Below are positions 9,328-22,248 of a stretch of DNA of 64,000 nucleotides, in pieces (within the stretch, counting starts at the first letter, position 1; the number at the start of each line of letters is the position of its first letter). The position numbers and the translations under genes are program-made. The notes under the pieces are model-generated. The model worked only from the letters and a program-made list of their open reading frames with translations, had not been told where the DNA came from and ran no database searches. The stretch is from the NCBI GenBank assembly GCA_934148015.1, contig CAKPCU010000004.1, forward strand, positions 10,800 to 74,799, read 5' to 3'. This stretch comes from an uncultured Bacilli bacterium. Its GTDB lineage: Bacteria > Bacillota_I > Bacilli_A > RF39 > UBA660.

Positions 9328-10596
9328 ATGTTTGTAGATGAGGTTATAATAAAGGTTAAAGCTGGAAACGGTGGTGATGGTTGTACTGCTTTTAGAAGAG
9401 AAAAATACATTCCAGATGGAGGACCGTTTGGTGGTAATGGTGGCAGGGGTGCTAACATTATATTTAAGACAGATTTAGGACTTAGAACACTTCTTGATTT
9501 AAGATATCAAAAGTTAATTAAAGCACCTAAGGGTGCTAATGGGTCTGGTAAAAATAAAAATGGGCGTGGTGCAGAAGATGTTGTTATTAAAGTACCTATT
9601 GGAACTACTGTTAAGGATTTAGATACTGGACTAATAATTGCTGATTTAACACGAGAAGGTGATAGCTGCATAGTGGCTAGTGGTGGTAGAGGTGGTCGTG
9701 GTAACACTGCTTTTGCAACAGCAACTAATCCAGCTCCAAACTTTTCAGAACATGGTGAACCAGGAGAAGAAAAAACACTAAAAGTTGAACTTAGATTACT
9801 TGCAGACGTAGGTTTTGTTGGAATGCCATCTGTTGGTAAATCAACGCTTATTTCAAAAATATCAGCTTCTAAGCCTAAAATAGCAGAGTATCATTTTACT
9901 ACGCTTGTGCCTAATTTAGGAGTTGTAAAAACAATTGATGGAAGAAGTTTTGTTGCAGCAGATTTGCCTGGTTTAATAAAGGGTGCATCACTTGGTGAAG
10001 GACTTGGAGATAGGTTTTTAAAACATATAGAAAGAACTCGCGTTATAGCACATATCATAGATATGTCAGGATGTGAAGGAAGAGATCCATTAGATGATTA
10101 TGAGGTAATTAATAAAGAACTTAAAGATTTTAATGAAAAAATTATTTTAAAGCCACAGATTATAATAGCAAATAAGATGGATTTAGATGGTGCTTTAGAA
10201 AATTTAGAAAGATTTAAAGCTAAATATAAATTACCAGTTTATGAGATTAGTGCTCTAACGGGTGAAGGTATTGATAAAGTATTAGTTAAGATAGCTGATG
10301 AATTAGATAAAATAAAAGAAGAACCATTATTTGATGAAGATTCATTTGAATCACATGTATTATACAAATTTAAAAAAGAGCAACCATTTACAATTACAAG
10401 AGATAATGATATCTATGTAATAAAAGGAAAAGAAATAGAAAAGTTATTCCGTATGACTAAGTTTACTGATGAAGGAGCTCTTCGTTTTGCAAGAAAACTT
10501 CGTGCCATGGGAATTGATGATAAGCTTTTAGAAATGGGAGCTAAGTATGGTGATAAGGTTCAGATAATGGACTTAATATTTGAATTTAAAGAGTAA
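9328..10596 (+). CDS. obg: GTPase Obg/CgtA
   Basis: MFVDEVIIKVKAGNGGDGCTAFRREKY Obg fold, G1 GMPSVGKST, C-terminal OCT domain. ATG 9328 follows AGGGGTGA. Confidence 0.95.
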   Translation: MFVDEVIIKVKAGNGGDGCTAFRREKYIPDGGPFGGNGGRGANIIFKTDLGLRTLLDLRYQKLIKAPKGANGSGKNKNGRGAEDVVIKVPIGTTVKDLDTGLIIADLTREGDSCIVASGGRGGRGNTAFATATNPAPNFSEHGEPGEEKTLKVELRLLADVGFVGMPSVGKSTLISKISASKPKIAEYHFTTLVPNLGVVKTIDGRSFVAADLPGLIKGASLGEGLGDRFLKHIERTRVIAHIIDMSGCEGRDPLDDYEVINKELKDFNEKIILKPQIIIANKMDLDGALENLERFKAKYKLPVYEISALTGEGIDKVLVKIADELDKIKEEPLFDEDSFESHVLYKFKKEQPFTITRDNDIYVIKGKEIEKLFRMTKFTDEGALRFARKLRAMGIDDKLLEMGAKYGDKVQIMDLIFEFKE

Positions 10597-10616
10597 TAAA
10601 AAAGGTAAGTGATTGT

Positions 10617-10928
10617 ATGTATTGCATGATAGAAACTGCTTTTGATAATATTGATGAAGCTAAACAGGTGGTATCTAAGTTATTAGATAAAAAATTAGTT
10701 GCTAGTTGTCAAGTAATTGAAAGTAATAGTAAATGGAATTGGAAGTTTAAGCTAGAAGAAAGTAAAGAGTTCTTAGTTCTTATGAAAACAAAGAAATCTT
10801 TGCAAGAAAAAATTTATAATGTAATAAGAGAAATTCATAGCTATGATTGTTTTGAATTTGCTGTATTTGATTTAACTAGTTGTAATAAGGAGTATTTAAA
10901 TTGGATTGAGGAAGAAACTAATGAGTAA
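10617..10928 (+). CDS. cutA: Divalent-cation tolerance protein CutA
   Basis: About 100 aa with the CutA1 pattern (KLVASCQV..W.WK..LEES.E..LLMKT..IHSYD.FE...DL....YLNWI). Confidence 0.75.
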   Translation: MYCMIETAFDNIDEAKQVVSKLLDKKLVASCQVIESNSKWNWKFKLEESKEFLVLMKTKKSLQEKIYNVIREIHSYDCFEFAVFDLTSCNKEYLNWIEEETNE

Positions 10929-11147
10929 TCAATTATTCATCATCTATGTTCTAAGAAAATTATAAAAAACTTAATAAATTTAGAAAGTGATAAGTTTTGA
11001 AAAACATAATTTATAGATTAGCAATCATGATTTTTTAAATAATATATGTTGCTTACTAAACTCTTGTTATGTTAGTATTGATAAAATATATTTGGAGCAT
11101 TATATTGCTATTTAAGTGGATATAATGAATAAAAAGAAGGTGGAAAA

Positions 11148-11687
11148 ATGATTTTGTATGTGGTAAGACATGGTCAAACAAATATTAATTTAGAAGATAA
11201 AATTAATTCCTTAAATGATGATGATTTAAATCAAACTGGAGTAAAACAAGCTATAGAACTTAGAAATTATTTTGCAAAAATAGATTATGATTTAATCATT
11301 TCTTCACCACTTACAAGAACTTCTCATACTTCAAAATTACTGAATATAAAAAATAGAAATATTATATATGATAAAAGATTATTAGAAAGAGATGCTGGAA
11401 TTTTTACTAAAAAAGAAATTAAATTATTAGATAAAAATGACTGGTGGAATGTATATCCTTTAAACAATTATAAAAATGCAGAACCGGTTAAAAATGTGAT
11501 AAAAAGAGTATATTTATTTTTAGATGAAATAAAAGAAAAATATAGTGATAAAAGCATAATTTTAGTAACTCATGGGGGAATTAGTAAGGTAATTAGTTGT
11601 TATTTTTATGGTATACCATCTGATGGTAATTTGGAATGTTATAGTTTAAATAATTGTGAAATTAAAAAATTTGAACTAATTAAATAA
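11148..11687 (+). CDS. Histidine phosphatase family protein (phosphoglycerate mutase-like)
   Basis: LYVVRHGQTNIN (RHG catalytic motif) and downstream VTHGG. Confidence 0.8.
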   Translation: MILYVVRHGQTNINLEDKINSLNDDDLNQTGVKQAIELRNYFAKIDYDLIISSPLTRTSHTSKLLNIKNRNIIYDKRLLERDAGIFTKKEIKLLDKNDWWNVYPLNNYKNAEPVKNVIKRVYLFLDEIKEKYSDKSIILVTHGGISKVISCYFYGIPSDGNLECYSLNNCEIKKFELIK

Positions 11688-11718
11688 TACTAGAAATTTT
11701 AGTAATTTCTAGTATTTT
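11688..11718. terminator. Bidirectional terminator between convergent genes
   Basis: Perfect stem ACTAGAAATT/AATTTCTAGT with loop TTAG, flanked by A/T runs. Confidence 0.65.
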
Positions 11719-12287
11719 TATAATAATTGTTTTATTTCTTTTTTAAGTATTAAACCATCTATTTCTTCTGGGTAGTTATCATCATTTATAATGAATTCAT
11801 AAATTACATTATTATCAAATTCTTTATACGTTATATTATAGTCTTTTAAAATATAATTAATTTTATTTAGATTATTATAAATAAACTCTATTTTAACTTT
11901 GTATTCCTTTTTAATAATAGTTAAGTTATCATCACTAATTACTAAACTAGCACTGTTTGAGTATGCTCTTAAAAGTCCCCCAGCACCAAGTTTTATACCA
12001 CCAAAATATCTTACAACAACTATTAATATATTATCTAATTTCTTATTTTCTATTATGTTTAAAATTGGCATACCAGCAGTACCTTTAGGTTCATTATCAT
12101 CATTAAATCTTTTAATATTTCCTATTTTATATGCATAACATATGTGCGTTGCATCTTTGTATTCTTTTTTTAATTTATCTAATACTTCATTAGCCATTTG
12201 AACATTACTTATATAGATTGCAAAAGATATGAACTTTGATTTATTAATTATTAATTCATCTTTTACATTGTTAATTATTTTATACAA
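11718..12287 (-). CDS. yigZ: YigZ/IMPACT-family protein (UPF0029)
   Basis: INKSKFI..THICYAY..DDNEPKGTAGMPIL..VVRYFGGIKLGAGGL are characteristic of the family. Confidence 0.8.
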   Translation of the reverse strand: MYKIINNVKDELIINKSKFISFAIYISNVQMANEVLDKLKKEYKDATHICYAYKIGNIKRFNDDNEPKGTAGMPILNIIENKKLDNILIVVVRYFGGIKLGAGGLLRAYSNSASLVISDDNLTIIKKEYKVKIEFIYNNLNKINYILKDYNITYKEFDNNVIYEFIINDDNYPEEIDGLILKKEIKQLL

Positions 12288-12395
12288 ATTTCATCACCTT
12301 ACATACATTATAAAATATAAAATTATTACAATCAAGTTAAAAAAGTATTAAGAAAAATTGCTACTTATATGATATACTTATTATTGGTGGTTAAT

Positions 12396-14189
12396 ATGAA
12401 AAGAGAAAACATAAGAAATTTTAGTATTATTGCACATATAGATCATGGTAAGAGTACTTTAGCTGATAGAATTTTAGAAAGAACTAATGCTGTTACTAAA
12501 AGAGAGTTAAAAGATCAACTTCTTGATTCTATGGATTTAGAAAGAGAAAGAGGAATAACAATTAAACTTAATGAAGCATCTTTAACTTATCATTATAATA
12601 ATGAAGATTATATGCTTAATTTAATAGATACTCCAGGTCATGTAGACTTTTCATATGAAGTATCTAGATCGCTTGCAGCATGTGAAGGAGCTATATTAGT
12701 AGTTGATGCTGCTCAAGGAATAGAAGCTCAGACATTAGCAAATTTATATTTAGCAATGGAGAATAATTTAACTATAATACCAGTTATTAATAAGATTGAT
12801 TTACCTAATGCAGATATAGAAAAGGTAAAAAATGAAATAATAGAAACATTTGGATTTAATGAAGATGATATAATTCTTACATCTGCTAAAACTGGTGTTG
12901 GTATAGATGAATTATTAAAGGCAATAGTAGAAAAAATTCCTTGTCCTAAAAAAAGTGATACAAATAAATTACAAGCTTTAATATTTGATAGTTTATATGA
13001 ATCTTATAGGGGCGCAATTATATTTATAAGAGTAGTTAGTGGTAGTGTACGTGTTGGAGATACTATTAAGATGATTACAACAGGTACTTGTTATGAAGTA
13101 GTAGAGCTTGGTGTTCATAATCCATATGAGGTTAAAAAGGATATATTAAAAGAAGGAGAGGTGGGATATTTATGTGCATCTATTAAAAGTGTTAGTGATG
13201 TGCGTGTTGGAGATACTATTACTCTAAAAAATGACGAAGCACCTCTTCTTATGGGATATAAACCAATGAAGCCTATGGTTTTTTGTGGGTTATATCCTAC
13301 TGAAACTAATAAATATGATGAACTTAAGGATGCACTTGAAAAATTAAAATTAAATGATGCATCACTTACGTTTGAACCAGAGGTATCAGTTGCACTAGGA
13401 TTTGGTTTTAGATGTGGTTTTTTAGGAATGCTTCATATGGATGTTACAGAAGAACGAATAGAGCGTGAATTTAATATTCCTATAATAGCTACTAGTCCAT
13501 CAGTTGTATATGAAGCTAAACTAACTTCTGGTGATACAGTTATGATTGATAATCCAAACGAAATGCCAGATAGAACTAAAATATCTTCTATTAGTGAACC
13601 TTATATTAAGACTAATATATTTGTTCCAACTGAATATATAGGTAGTGTTATGGAACTATGTCAGAATAAAAGAGGTAACTATATTAATATGGATTATATT
13701 AATAAAACTAGGGTAAATATTCACTATGAAATGCCATTATCTGAGGTAGTATATGACTTTTTTGATAAATTAAAATCTTATACTAAAGGGTATGCTTCTT
13801 TTGATTATGAAGTAATTGGATATAAAGAAAGTAACTTAGTTAAGATGGATATATTAATTAATAAGGAAGTAGTTGATGCTTTATCTGTTATAGTACATAA
13901 AGATTTTGCTTATCAAAGAGGTAAATTAATAGTAGATAATTTAAAGAAATTAATACCAAGACAGTTATTTGAAGTACCAATACAAGCTGTAATAGGTACT
14001 AAAGCTATAGCAAGAAGTGATATTAGTGCATTAAAAAAGAATGTACTAGCAAAATGTTATGGTGGTGATATTACTCGTAAAAGAAAGCTTTTAGATAAAC
14101 AAAAAGAAGGTAAAAAAAGAATGAAAAGAGTAGGTAACGTTGAGATACCTCAAGAAGCATTTTTATCAATTTTAAAAGTTGATGAATAA
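12396..14189 (+). CDS. lepA: Elongation factor 4 (LepA)
   Basis: [21 protein letters not shown]1, DTPGHVDF, and a LepA-specific C-terminal domain. ATG 12396 follows GGTGG. Confidence 0.97.
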   Translation: MKRENIRNFSIIAHIDHGKSTLADRILERTNAVTKRELKDQLLDSMDLERERGITIKLNEASLTYHYNNEDYMLNLIDTPGHVDFSYEVSRSLAACEGAILVVDAAQGIEAQTLANLYLAMENNLTIIPVINKIDLPNADIEKVKNEIIETFGFNEDDIILTSAKTGVGIDELLKAIVEKIPCPKKSDTNKLQALIFDSLYESYRGAIIFIRVVSGSVRVGDTIKMITTGTCYEVVELGVHNPYEVKKDILKEGEVGYLCASIKSVSDVRVGDTITLKNDEAPLLMGYKPMKPMVFCGLYPTETNKYDELKDALEKLKLNDASLTFEPEVSVALGFGFRCGFLGMLHMDVTEERIEREFNIPIIATSPSVVYEAKLTSGDTVMIDNPNEMPDRTKISSISEPYIKTNIFVPTEYIGSVMELCQNKRGNYINMDYINKTRVNIHYEMPLSEVVYDFFDKLKSYTKGYASFDYEVIGYKESNLVKMDILINKEVVDALSVIVHKDFAYQRGKLIVDNLKKLIPRQLFEVPIQAVIGTKAIARSDISALKKNVLAKCYGGDITRKRKLLDKQKEGKKRMKRVGNVEIPQEAFLSILKVDE

Positions 14190-14229
14190 TTATTTATAAA
14201 ATAATAATATTAAAAGGCAGGTTTATATT

Positions 14230-15315
14230 ATGATAGAAAGTATTTATTTTCATATACCTTTTTGTAAAAAAATATGTTCATATTGTGACTTTTGCAAAAA
14301 TTATTATAAAGAAGATATTGTAAGTAAATATTTAATTGCATTAAAAAATGAGTTTTTAAATAATTATAAAAATGAAAAAATAAAGACAGTATATATAGGT
14401 GGTGGAACTCCTAGCTGTCTTAGTTATGATAATTTAAATTGCTTATTTTCTATTACTAATAAGATAAATTTAAGTGATAGATACGAGTTTACTTTTGAGT
14501 GTAACTATGATGATATAACAGAGGAATTACTTAAAATATTAAAAGAAAATAAAGTAAATAGAATAAGTATTGGAATAGAAAGTTTTAATAAAAAATTTGA
14601 AGATATACTAGGTAGAAAAATAGATAAAGAAGAAATGATAAAAAGTATTAATTTATGTAAGAAATACTTCGATAATATAAATATAGATTTAATGTATGCT
14701 CTATATGGTCAAACAATGGAAGATATAGTTTCTGATTTAAATATTATTAGTAATTTAGATATTAAACATGTTAGTATATATGCACTTATTATAGAAGATA
14801 ATACTATGCTTAAGATAAAAAATATAAAAGAAGTGGATAGCCAGATGCAAAGTGCTATGTATGATTTAATAAGAAATACGTTAGAAAAAAATGGGTTTAC
14901 TCAGTATGAAATAAGTAATTTTGCTCTTAAAGGATTTGAGTCTAAACATAATTTAACTTATTGGAATAACAATAATTATTATGGTTTTGGATCTGGTGCA
15001 TCTGGTTTTATTAATAATATTAGATATGATAATACTAAAAGTATATTTAAATATATAGATGGAATAACAAAAACATATACTGAAAAATTAGATAAAAATA
15101 TGTTAATTAACGATGAAGTTATGCTTAATCTTAGAAAAACTACTGGAATAAATAAAAAGAATTTTTTAAATAAGTATGGTAAAAAGATAAATGATTTATA
15201 TAATTTAAATGAACTAATTAAAGATGGATATTTAAAAGAGTCTAAAGAAAATATATATATTCCTAAAAAATATTTATTTGTATCTAATGAAATTATATTA
15301 AAAGTTCTTGAATAA
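14230..15315 (+). CDS. hemW: Radical SAM heme chaperone HemW (HemN-like)
   Basis: HIPFCKKICSYCDF (CxxxCxxC) and position after lepA. Confidence 0.9.
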   Translation: MIESIYFHIPFCKKICSYCDFCKNYYKEDIVSKYLIALKNEFLNNYKNEKIKTVYIGGGTPSCLSYDNLNCLFSITNKINLSDRYEFTFECNYDDITEELLKILKENKVNRISIGIESFNKKFEDILGRKIDKEEMIKSINLCKKYFDNINIDLMYALYGQTMEDIVSDLNIISNLDIKHVSIYALIIEDNTMLKIKNIKEVDSQMQSAMYDLIRNTLEKNGFTQYEISNFALKGFESKHNLTYWNNNNYYGFGSGASGFINNIRYDNTKSIFKYIDGITKTYTEKLDKNMLINDEVMLNLRKTTGINKKNFLNKYGKKINDLYNLNELIKDGYLKESKENIYIPKKYLFVSNEIILKVLE

Positions 15316-15360
15316 AGTTTTAAAGTAATGTATACTAATAGTATAGTAGGAGGACTTATC

Positions 15361-15705
15361 ATGGAAAATAAAGATGAAGTATTAGATGAAATGAATGATG
15401 TTAGTGAAATAAGTGATATAAAGCCTAGCGTTGATTTAACAAGTGAAGATAGTATGCCAGCAGATGATAAAAATTCTAAAGTGGATGATGATACACTTAT
15501 TATGGAAGATGTTAAAACTGATAATAATGATGCTAATGAAGCTTTAAAACTTGATTTAAATATTGATAATGTTCCAACAGAACCTGTTAAAACTAAAAGT
15601 AAAGCTCCTATAATAATTATATTATCTTTCTTACTTTTTCTTGATATTGTAGCTTTAGTTATATATATAATAGGTGTAGATAAAGTAATTCAATTCCTAA
15701 TGTAG
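15361..15705 (+). CDS. Hypothetical acidic protein with C-terminal TM anchor
   Basis: ATG 15361 follows AGGAGGA. D/E-rich N-terminal ~85 aa, then IIIILSFLLFLDIVALVIYIIGV. Confidence 0.5.
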   Translation: MENKDEVLDEMNDVSEISDIKPSVDLTSEDSMPADDKNSKVDDDTLIMEDVKTDNNDANEALKLDLNIDNVPTEPVKTKSKAPIIIILSFLLFLDIVALVIYIIGVDKVIQFLM

Positions 15706-15749
15706 AATAATTTCTACATTTTTTCTTTTTAATAAATTTTAATTATTTT

Positions 15750-15776
15750 TTAGCACTCATGTATTGACATTGCTAA
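15750..15776 (+). promoter_or_regulatory. CIRCE operator (HrcA binding site), right arm degenerate
   Basis: TTAGCACTC-ATGTATTGA-CATTGCTAA versus consensus TTAGCACTC-N9-GAGTGCTAA: left arm 9/9, right arm 7/9. Directly upstream of hrcA. Confidence 0.75.
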
Positions 15777-15792
15777 AATTGAATACTATAAT
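15764..15792 (+). promoter_or_regulatory. SigA-type promoter of the hrcA-grpE-dnaK operon
   Basis: TTGACA-N17-TATAAT, both hexamers consensus, overlapping the CIRCE. Confidence 0.7.
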
Positions 15793-15824
15793 AGTAGTGT
15801 ACTAATAAGAAAGAAGGTGAATGT

Positions 15825-16823
15825 GTGTTAACTGATAGACAAAATACACTTCTTAAATTAATAATTGAAGAGTACATTAAGAGTGCTAATCCAGTTGGGT
15901 CTAAAGGGCTTTGTGATAGTCTTAATTGTTCTTCTGCAACTATTAGAAATGAAATGGCACAATTAGAAGATTATGGATTTCTAGAAAAAACACATACATC
16001 TTCTGGAAGAGTTCCAAGTGAATTAGGGTACAGATATTATGTTGATAATTTAATGGAACCTAAGAAAATGACTGGTGAGGATGTATTAAAACTTCAAACT
16101 ATCTTTGATAATAAATCATTAGTGTTAACTGATGCTATTTCTAAAAGTTTAGAGATAATATCAGAAATTACTAATTGTACATCTGTTGTTTTAGGAACTA
16201 GTAGTTCTGAAAATAAATTAAAGCAAGTTGAAGTAGTTCCATTAAATGATACTAATGTAATTGCAATAGTAGTAACTGATAAGGGACATATTGAGCATAA
16301 AGAACTTAATATAGGACCTAATGTTCTTCCAGATGAAATTAAGAAAACTACTGAATTAATTAACAAACTTTTAGTTGGTACGCCGCTTGATGAGGTTAAT
16401 CAAAAATTAGAGTTTGAAATTAAACCTAAAATTGGTAGTTATGTTAAACATCATGAAATATTATATCAAGCTTTTTATAATGCATTTAGTGAGTTTGCTC
16501 TTAAAAGCAATATGCAAATGAAGGGTAGAACAAAGCTTTTAGATTATAGGGAATTTGATAGTGTTAGTAAAATAAAGGAAGTATTAAATAAGTTTGATGA
16601 TGATAATATGATTAAAAATATAAAGGCTGAGGATAATAATATTAGTGTTTATATTGGTCATGAGAGTAAGTTTGATGATGATGTATCTGTTATTAAGACT
16701 AAGTTTAATACTGGTGGAAGTGAAGGCACTATTGCTATTGTAGGACCTAAGAGAATGGATTATGAAAAAGTAGTATCATTACTAGATTTTCTAAAGCATA
16801 ATATAGAAAGGAACGAAAAATGA
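15825..16823 (+). CDS. hrcA: Heat-inducible transcription repressor HrcA
   Basis: LTDRQNTLLKLIIEEYIKSANPVGSK winged-helix N-terminus; GTG start; operon context. Confidence 0.93.
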   Translation: MLTDRQNTLLKLIIEEYIKSANPVGSKGLCDSLNCSSATIRNEMAQLEDYGFLEKTHTSSGRVPSELGYRYYVDNLMEPKKMTGEDVLKLQTIFDNKSLVLTDAISKSLEIISEITNCTSVVLGTSSSENKLKQVEVVPLNDTNVIAIVVTDKGHIEHKELNIGPNVLPDEIKKTTELINKLLVGTPLDEVNQKLEFEIKPKIGSYVKHHEILYQAFYNAFSEFALKSNMQMKGRTKLLDYREFDSVSKIKEVLNKFDDDNMIKNIKAEDNNISVYIGHESKFDDDVSVIKTKFNTGGSEGTIAIVGPKRMDYEKVVSLLDFLKHNIERNEK

Positions 16824-17362
16824 AGGAAACAAAAGATAAAAATAGTAAGATAAAGAAAAATAAGTCAGAAGAAAAAGAAATTGCTAAAGATAAAGTAGAA
16901 CTTACTAATGAAGAAATAGAAGCTATGAACAAAAGAGTAAGTGAAGCTGAAGAAAAAGCATTAAGATATCAAGCTGAACTTATTAATTATCGTAAAAGAA
17001 AAGATGAAGAGACTGAAAAAAAACTTAAGTATGCAAATGAAGATTTAATACTTGAAATACTTCCAGTTTTAGATAATTTCGAAAGAGCCATTAAGATGGA
17101 TGATGATAATCTAGAAGATGAAGTATCACAGTTCTTAAGTGGTATGAAAATGATTTATGCATCTCTTACTAAAGCTATTGAAAAATATGGCGTTAAAGAA
17201 ATAGATGCACTTGGTAAAGTGTTTGATGCAACTTATCATCAAGCTGTTATGACTGAAGAAGTTAAAGATAAAGATAAAGATATTGTTTTAGAGGTATATC
17301 AAAAAGGATATATTCTTAAAGATAAAGTAATTAGACCAGCGATGGTTAAGGTAAATAAATAA
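16820..17362 (+). CDS. grpE: Nucleotide exchange factor GrpE
   Basis: Coiled-coil N-terminus, YRKRKDEE, LPVLDNFERA, GYILKDKVIRPAMVKV. Confidence 0.93.
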   Translation: MKETKDKNSKIKKNKSEEKEIAKDKVELTNEEIEAMNKRVSEAEEKALRYQAELINYRKRKDEETEKKLKYANEDLILEILPVLDNFERAIKMDDDNLEDEVSQFLSGMKMIYASLTKAIEKYGVKEIDALGKVFDATYHQAVMTEEVKDKDKDIVLEVYQKGYILKDKVIRPAMVKVNK

Positions 17363-17377
17363 GAAAAGGAGAGATAA

Positions 17378-19213
<1,836 letters not shown>

Positions 19214-19218
19214 TATGT

Positions 19219-19243
19219 AAAGTTCTAGTTTATCTAGAACTTT
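19219..19243 (+). other. Perfect 10-bp hairpin between dnaK and pepF (attenuator or mRNA processing/stability element)
   Basis: AAAGTTCTAG-TTTAT-CTAGAACTTT. It has no long T run, so it is not a classical strong terminator. Confidence 0.45.
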
Positions 19244-19264
19244 ATGTTTAATAAAGGAGAAACT

Positions 19265-21070
19265 ATGCCAGATAATAAAGAAAAACTTAGAAGTGAAATA
19301 GATGATAAATATAAATGGGATTTAACTTTAATATATAAAACTATAGAAGACTTTGAAAAAGACTATAAAAAAGCTAAAGAGAAAATAGAAAAAGTATCTT
19401 CATATAAAGATAAGTATTTAAATAATGGAAAAGAATTATACAAGTTATTAAAATATGATGATGATACATCTAGATTACTTGATAAATTGTATTCTTATGC
19501 ACATTTAAATTATGATGCTGATACTTTAAATGAAAAGTATATGACTATGACAAATAAAGTATCTGATTTATATTCTAGATATTCAGTCCTTAGTTCTTTT
19601 GTAGTTCCAGGAATAATAAAATTAGATAAAGAAAAACTTAATTCATTTTATAATGATGAAAAAGGTTTAGAAGAATATAGGTTTTGTTTAGATGATATAT
19701 ATCGTTTTAAAGAGCATACACTAGATGAAGATAAAGAAAAAATGCTATCTAGTTTTGGTAACATTTTAAGTTCTCCAGAGGAGACTTACGAAGTTTTAAC
19801 TGATTCTGACTTTGAATATGATAATATAACAGATGAAAATAAAAAAGAAGTTAAATTTAATGAAAGTAATTATTCTATATTTATAAAGTCTCGTGATAGA
19901 AGAGTTAGAAAGGATGCTTTTAATCTTTTATATAATAAATATGCTTCTTTTAAAAGAACAATAGCATCTACTTATAAATCACAAGTAGAAATAGATGTAG
20001 TAGCAGCTAGATTAAAGAATTATGATAGTTCACTTGCAGCATCATTATTTGAAGATAATATTGATATTAGTGTTTATGATAATTTAATTAAAACTGTTAA
20101 TGATAATTTAGATGGTTTATATAAATATTATGATTTAAAAAAGAAAATACTTAAACTAGATGATTTACATTTATATGATACATATGTTGATATAATTGAT
20201 AAAGAAAAAAGTAAATATACATTTATTGAAGCTAAAGATATTGTAATAAAGGCATTATCCATTTTAGGAGATGATTATGTTAAATTACTTAATAAGGCAT
20301 TTGATGAAAAATGGATAGATGTATATCATAGTAAAGGTAAAAGGTCTGGAGCTTATTCATCTGGTAGTTATGATGTAAATCCTTATGTATTATTAAACTT
20401 TGAGGGCTCATTAAATGATGTATCAACAATAGCTCATGAGTTAGGACACTCTATGCATACATATTTATCTTGCAAAAACAATCCATATTGTACTTCATCA
20501 TATAAGATATTTGTTGCAGAAGTAGCATCTTTAGTTAATGAACTTTTACTAGCTAATTATATGCTTAATAATTCAAATGATAAAAATGAAAAACTAAATA
20601 TTATAAATCATATATTAGAATTATATAAGTCAACATTATTTAGACAAACTATGTTTGCTGAATTTGAAAAAATAACACATGAAAAAAGAGAAGAAGGCGT
20701 TATATTAACAAGTGATTATTTATCTAATGTATATTATGATTTAGTTAAAAAGTATTTTGGAGAAAACGTAATATGTGATGAATTAATTAAATATGAATGG
20801 GCAAGAATTCCACATTTTTATTATAATTTTTATGTATATAAATATGCAACTGGTATATCAGCAGCTAGTTATATAGTAGATGGTATATTAAATAATAGAC
20901 AAGGTGCTCTTGAAAATTACTTTAAGTTTTTAAAATCTGGAGGAAGTAAATATCCAATTGATGAGTTAAAGTTAGCAGGTGTTGATATGAATGATAAAAC
21001 TGTTATTTTATCAGCAACTAAAACATTTGAAAAATATTTAGAGGAGTTTTGTGAAATATATAATAGTTAA
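19265..21070 (+). CDS. pepF: Oligoendopeptidase F (M3B)
   Basis: HELGHSMH zinc motif and a length of ~600 aa. ATG 19265 follows AAAGGAGA. Confidence 0.9.
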   Translation: MPDNKEKLRSEIDDKYKWDLTLIYKTIEDFEKDYKKAKEKIEKVSSYKDKYLNNGKELYKLLKYDDDTSRLLDKLYSYAHLNYDADTLNEKYMTMTNKVSDLYSRYSVLSSFVVPGIIKLDKEKLNSFYNDEKGLEEYRFCLDDIYRFKEHTLDEDKEKMLSSFGNILSSPEETYEVLTDSDFEYDNITDENKKEVKFNESNYSIFIKSRDRRVRKDAFNLLYNKYASFKRTIASTYKSQVEIDVVAARLKNYDSSLAASLFEDNIDISVYDNLIKTVNDNLDGLYKYYDLKKKILKLDDLHLYDTYVDIIDKEKSKYTFIEAKDIVIKALSILGDDYVKLLNKAFDEKWIDVYHSKGKRSGAYSSGSYDVNPYVLLNFEGSLNDVSTIAHELGHSMHTYLSCKNNPYCTSSYKIFVAEVASLVNELLLANYMLNNSNDKNEKLNIINHILELYKSTLFRQTMFAEFEKITHEKREEGVILTSDYLSNVYYDLVKKYFGENVICDELIKYEWARIPHFYYNFYVYKYATGISAASYIVDGILNNRQGALENYFKFLKSGGSKYPIDELKLAGVDMNDKTVILSATKTFEKYLEEFCEIYNS

Positions 21071-21084
21071 GGAGGTAAATATTT

Positions 21085-22221
21085 ATGAATAAGAAAGATT
21101 ATTATGAAGTCTTAGGTGTGTCTAAAGATGCTAGTGAAGCTGAAATAAAAAGTGCTTTTAGAAAATTAGCTAAAAAATACCATCCTGATGTATCTAAAGA
21201 AGAAAATGCAGCAGAAAAGTTTAAAGAAGCACAGGAAGCTTATGCTGTTTTATCTGATAAAGAAAAAAGAAGTAAATATGATAGATTAGGTCATGCTGCA
21301 TTTGATGCTAATGGTGGATTTGGTGCATCAGGTTTTGACTTTGAAGATTTTGACATGTCAGATATATTAAAAGATATATTTGGAGGTAGTTTTGGTTTCT
21401 CATCTGGTTCATCATTCTTTGGTGGAAATGGTAGAAGTACTAATAATAGAGCATCTAAAGGACCAGATATTAGCGTAATATTTGAAATGGACTTTATGGA
21501 AGCTGCTTTTGGTACATCTACTAAAATAGAATTAAATATAATGGATACTTGTGATGAATGTGATGGAATGGGTGGAACAGGTATTAAAACTTGTCCTACA
21601 TGTAATGGGTCAGGATATGTTAAAGAACAACAAAGAAGTTTATTTGGTGCATTTATAACACAAAGAACTTGCCCTACATGTAATGGGACAGGTAAAACTT
21701 ATACTACTAAATGCTCATCATGTAAAGGAACAGGTAAGAAAAAAGTTAAGAAAAATATAATAGTAAACGTTCCAGCAGGAGTTGCAACAGGAGATCACTT
21801 ACGTGTTACAGGTAAAGGTCCAGCTGGTGAAAATGGAGGACCTAATGGAGATGTTTATATTGAAATAAAAGTAAAAGAACATCCATTATTTAGAAGAGAT
21901 GATAATGATTTATATTTAACTTTACCTCTTACTATAACAGAAGGTGCACTAGGTTGTAAAAAGGAAGTGCCAACACTTGATGGTAAAACTGTTATAAGCA
22001 TACCATCTGGTAGTCAAACAGGTGATAGAATAAGAATTAAATCAAAAGGGCTTAAGAGTCCTAAAGGAAGGCAAGCTGGAGATATGTTTGTTATATTAAA
22101 AGTAATAACTCCAACTAAATTAGATAGAAATCAAAAGAAACTATTAGAAGAATTAAATGAAACTAATTTAAAAAATAGTGAGTTTGACTTATACGAAAAA
22201 TATCTAAAAAGTAATAGCTAG
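21085..22221 (+). CDS. dnaJ: Co-chaperone DnaJ
   Basis: J domain ([11 protein letters not shown]), G/F region, four CxxCxGxG zinc repeats. Confidence 0.96.
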   Translation: MNKKDYYEVLGVSKDASEAEIKSAFRKLAKKYHPDVSKEENAAEKFKEAQEAYAVLSDKEKRSKYDRLGHAAFDANGGFGASGFDFEDFDMSDILKDIFGGSFGFSSGSSFFGGNGRSTNNRASKGPDISVIFEMDFMEAAFGTSTKIELNIMDTCDECDGMGGTGIKTCPTCNGSGYVKEQQRSLFGAFITQRTCPTCNGTGKTYTTKCSSCKGTGKKKVKKNIIVNVPAGVATGDHLRVTGKGPAGENGGPNGDVYIEIKVKEHPLFRRDDNDLYLTLPLTITEGALGCKKEVPTLDGKTVISIPSGSQTGDRIRIKSKGLKSPKGRQAGDMFVILKVITPTKLDRNQKKLLEELNETNLKNSEFDLYEKYLKSNS

Positions 22222-22241
22222 AATCTATATTTCTAGCTTTT
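22216..22241 (+). terminator. Rho-independent terminator after dnaJ
   Basis: AGCTAGAA-TCTATAT-TTCTAGCT followed by TTTT. Confidence 0.65.
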
Positions 22242-22248
22242 ATTATAC

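Noticed and set aside
9507-9707. 66-aa antisense ORF inside obg
   Set aside because: It lies fully inside a high-confidence gene. Its Pro/Leu-rich translation is typical of the reverse complement of the Gly-rich Obg region.
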